The notes beneath the pieces are model-generated. The model saw nothing but the letters and a program-made list of their open reading frames with translations. It was not told where the DNA came from and did no database searches. A stretch of DNA of 64,000 nucleotides from Cyanophora paradoxa CCMP329 (lineage: Eukaryota > Plantae > Glaucophyta). Location: contig QPMI01000436.1 of the NCBI GenBank assembly GCA_004431415.1, positions 62,001-126,000 of the forward strand, written 5' to 3'. Below, piece after piece: positions 61,501 to 64,000 of the stretch (position 1 is its first letter; each line of letters opens with the position of its first letter). The position numbers were made by a program, and so were the translations under genes.

Positions 61501-63170
61501 CGAGGTCCGCAGAGGCCAGCTGGAAGGCCCTGACCTGGCTCGCCGCGTCCTGCAGTGAGAGATAAGAACAAGGCAGAAAGACAGACACTTAAAGTAATGC
61601 CGCTCGCCTGGTCCATGCCCAGAGACATGGAAGTGATGTTGGCAGGCTGGTTGTACGCCCCGCAGTAGGCGCCGGCGTCGTCCGGCGTCAGCTTGCCCTG
61701 CGCGTCCCCGGGCTGGAAGTACAGAGGCGCCCAGACGCCGTCCCGCTCGCAGCGCTGGGAGGGGTACGAAGAGTAAGGGGAGGGGGTACTGGATGCTTGG
61801 GGGGCACGCGATTTCGGCGGGCACCTGGACCTGCTGGAACATGTAGGTCGCCTTGATCGCGTCGCGGCCCTCGATCCATCCCGGAATCTCACAGGCCTTC
61901 GAGCAGACTTAGCGGACGGAGAAGGAGGGGGGAGGAGTGGAAGGGGGGTACCGCACCGTGGAGCCCGCCGTGTTCCCGACGGACAAAGCGGCGAATAGGA
62001 GGAACAGCCACGCGACGAAGATGGACGAGACCAGGACATACCTGGGGTACGGGTTCAAGAAGGGGAGGAGGGCGGCGGAAGGGGGGGGGTACGCGTGCGC
62101 ACGTGCGCATGATGCCGGGTCCCGGGCGGATGGCGCCCCAGATCCCGAGCGCCGCCCCGATGAGAGCGAAGACGAAGAAGAACACAGCCAGGACCGTCCT
62201 GGGGTACAGCGCTCTCGTTTAGAACTTGCGGGGGGGGGGGGGGAAGAGTCGCCGGGGCGTACAGTGCCTTCAGGACGCCGCTGACGTTGTCGTCCTTGAT
62301 GCGGCTCGGCCTCGCGTCGCTCGGGAACGCGTCCCGTACGCTCTCCGCCAGCTGTACGGCCTGCGCAGGGGGGGGGGGGAAAGCTCGTCGGCGGGACGGG
62401 GGTACGCGATGGGCTTTTTTCGGCGCACGCGGTCCCGGAGGTAGCGCAGGGCGTCGTTGTCGGCGGGGGTAGAGCGCGCGACGGGCGCGACGGCCGCGCC
62501 CGTGTCCTGGAAGGTCCTGGGGGGTACAGTTCGCTCGCTCGCTCGTAAGGGCGAGGAAGGGGGGTACGCGGGCGCACTGCATGAGGTCAAGGCCACGGTT
62601 GATCTCGTTGCGGAGGATGCCGAGGCCCGCTGCGGGGCGGTTCAAGGCAAAAGCGAGGGGCGCAGGGGGCTACGCCCTCACCGAGCCCCGCGAGGCCGCC
62701 GCCGATGAGGCCAATAGCGCTCAAGGCGAGGAAGACCCTGGGGGGGGGAGAGGGGGGGGGGGGGGGGTTGGGAGGGGCGGAAGCGGGGGCCAGCGGGGGT
62801 ACATACCTCCAGAAGATCTTCTCGCGCCTCGAGGGCTTAACTGTCTTCTTGCTCATTTTCTTGCGCCCCCCGCAGCACCCGCAGACGAAGCTGCGGCGGC
62901 GTGGGCGGCGGGCGGGGGCGAGGGAGAGCCTCGCCGCGTCTGCGCACCGGAAAAAGCACATCCCAATGACCCATAGGAGACTAATAACGAAGAATATGAT
63001 CCCGAAGATCAACGCGGCCGCCATCGCCTGCAGCCGCGCGACGCGGTGAGCTCCAGCGGCGCTCCTTCGAGGATTCAAGCCGCGCAGGCGCCGCCGCGGA
63101 CCTTGAAAGAGCCCACATCGTCCCCGTTGATCGGGCTTCCCGCCGGATTGCCGACTGGGATGGCCGACAT
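58556..63170 (-). CDS. Tweety/prominin-like five-pass membrane protein, multi-exon
   Basis: TM1 + Cys cluster (CFFR|SFVCGCCGG), TM2, helical loop, TM3-TM4, long Cys-containing loop (LSCTQ..AFC), last TM LWAGALVCGLIQFFGVTLGLWG; start MSAIPVGNPAG at 63170. Confidence 0.65.
60120..60890 (-). repeat. Intronic tandem array (~115-130 bp) containing copies of the upstream exon end and its 5' splice site
   Basis: CTCACTTGAGGGCGTTCTTGGCGTCCT at 60478, 60607, 60734 and the true site 60848, separated by CTAAGATC/GGATATC-rich spacers. Confidence 0.85.
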
Positions 63171-63428
63171 TGCTTACTCGCGCAACCGTCGCGCGTCTCC
63201 GATACGGCACGATGTCGCAGGGCCAGGGGCAGCCCGGAAGAATCACTTATTGATCTGCACGACCGTTGCCAGAGCGCGACAGCTCCGGTCCTCGTGCTGC
63301 GCCGGCAAAGAGCGCTCAGGGCGGCGGGAGCGCGGCGCCAAGGCGCGTCCGGTCGGGATTCGTGCACCTACAGACTTATCCGTTGCAAATGCAGCCTGCT
63401 CTCGACCCACCTGAAGCTCCGGGAGCGT

Positions 63429-64000
63429 GGCTTCGGGAGGGTGGCGGGGCGCACGGTCGGCGGGGAGGGAGGTCTGGGTGCGGAAGGACCACCAGGCGTC
63501 CGTGTGCCCGTTCGTGAAGAGCACGACGGAGCCCTTCGCCGGGGCCGAGCACCTGCGCGGGGGGAGGGCGTGAGGGGGCCGAACGAGCGAGAGGGGGCGA
63601 GAGGGAGGGAGGGAGGGAGGAGGGAGGGCGACTAAGGCCTCTAAGGTCCTAACTACTAAGGCCTCTAAGGTCCTAACTTTAAACCTAAGATCCTAAGGAT
63701 ATCTTCGCCCAAGATCCTTAGGATATCTCTAAGATCTCAAGCCTCAGGCTCACTTGAGAGCTATGGGGGGGGGGGGGGGGGGGGGGGGGGGGGGCGGCCC
63801 CTATTGCTAGGGCAAGCTTCTAGGTCTTAAGGCCGGGGAGGGGGGGGAGGGGGGGGAGGGCGGACGCGAGCACTTCTCGATCTGTTAGGGCGAGCTGCTA
63901 CGCCCAGGTCCTCCACCCAGTCTTCTCGCGGGTTCTAGAGGGAGATATCCAACGATATCTTGGAGATCTTAAGCCCAAGACCTCTTAGGTCCGCTCACTT
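63429..64000. repeat. Near-identical direct copy of 59917-60484 (runs off the window)
   Basis: Appears identical except for poly-G length. Confidence 0.95.

Noticed and set aside
1-64000. tRNA/rRNA genes
   Set aside because: None recognised by eye; a covariance-model scan would be needed to exclude small RNAs.

Overview
Eukaryotic nuclear DNA, very GC-rich, with many short (about 50-150 bp) spliceosomal introns, so most of the supplied six-frame ORFs are shadows or single exons. The gene models below were rebuilt by hand-splicing. Style and gene content suggest a protist/alga such as a glaucophyte (inference only). The left 10.3 kb holds the 3' part of one large gene fusing a Ser/Thr kinase to a complete GREB1-type module: circularly permuted SF2 helicase with intact motifs, TET-associated glycosyltransferase (TAGT), GREB1 C-terminal domain, and an HMG-box-like tail. 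This is the strongest candidate for an undescribed DNA/chromatin modification system. Next come housekeeping-type genes: gamma-COP, a PKD1-like membrane protein, a Val/Pro-rich epiplastin-like protein, an F-box protein and an Sfi1-repeat protein. A lower-GC accessory block (about 31.4-45.7 kb) contains a beta/gamma-crystallin + Cys-repeat gene, CACTA/CACTG element ends, a ~149-bp satellite and gene fragments. The right part has a second F-box copy sandwiched between duplicated 3' halves of TRMT2A, a GLTP-fold gene and a Tweety-like membrane gene with intronic repeat arrays. Four unrelated genes end in a similar acidic amphipathic tail.
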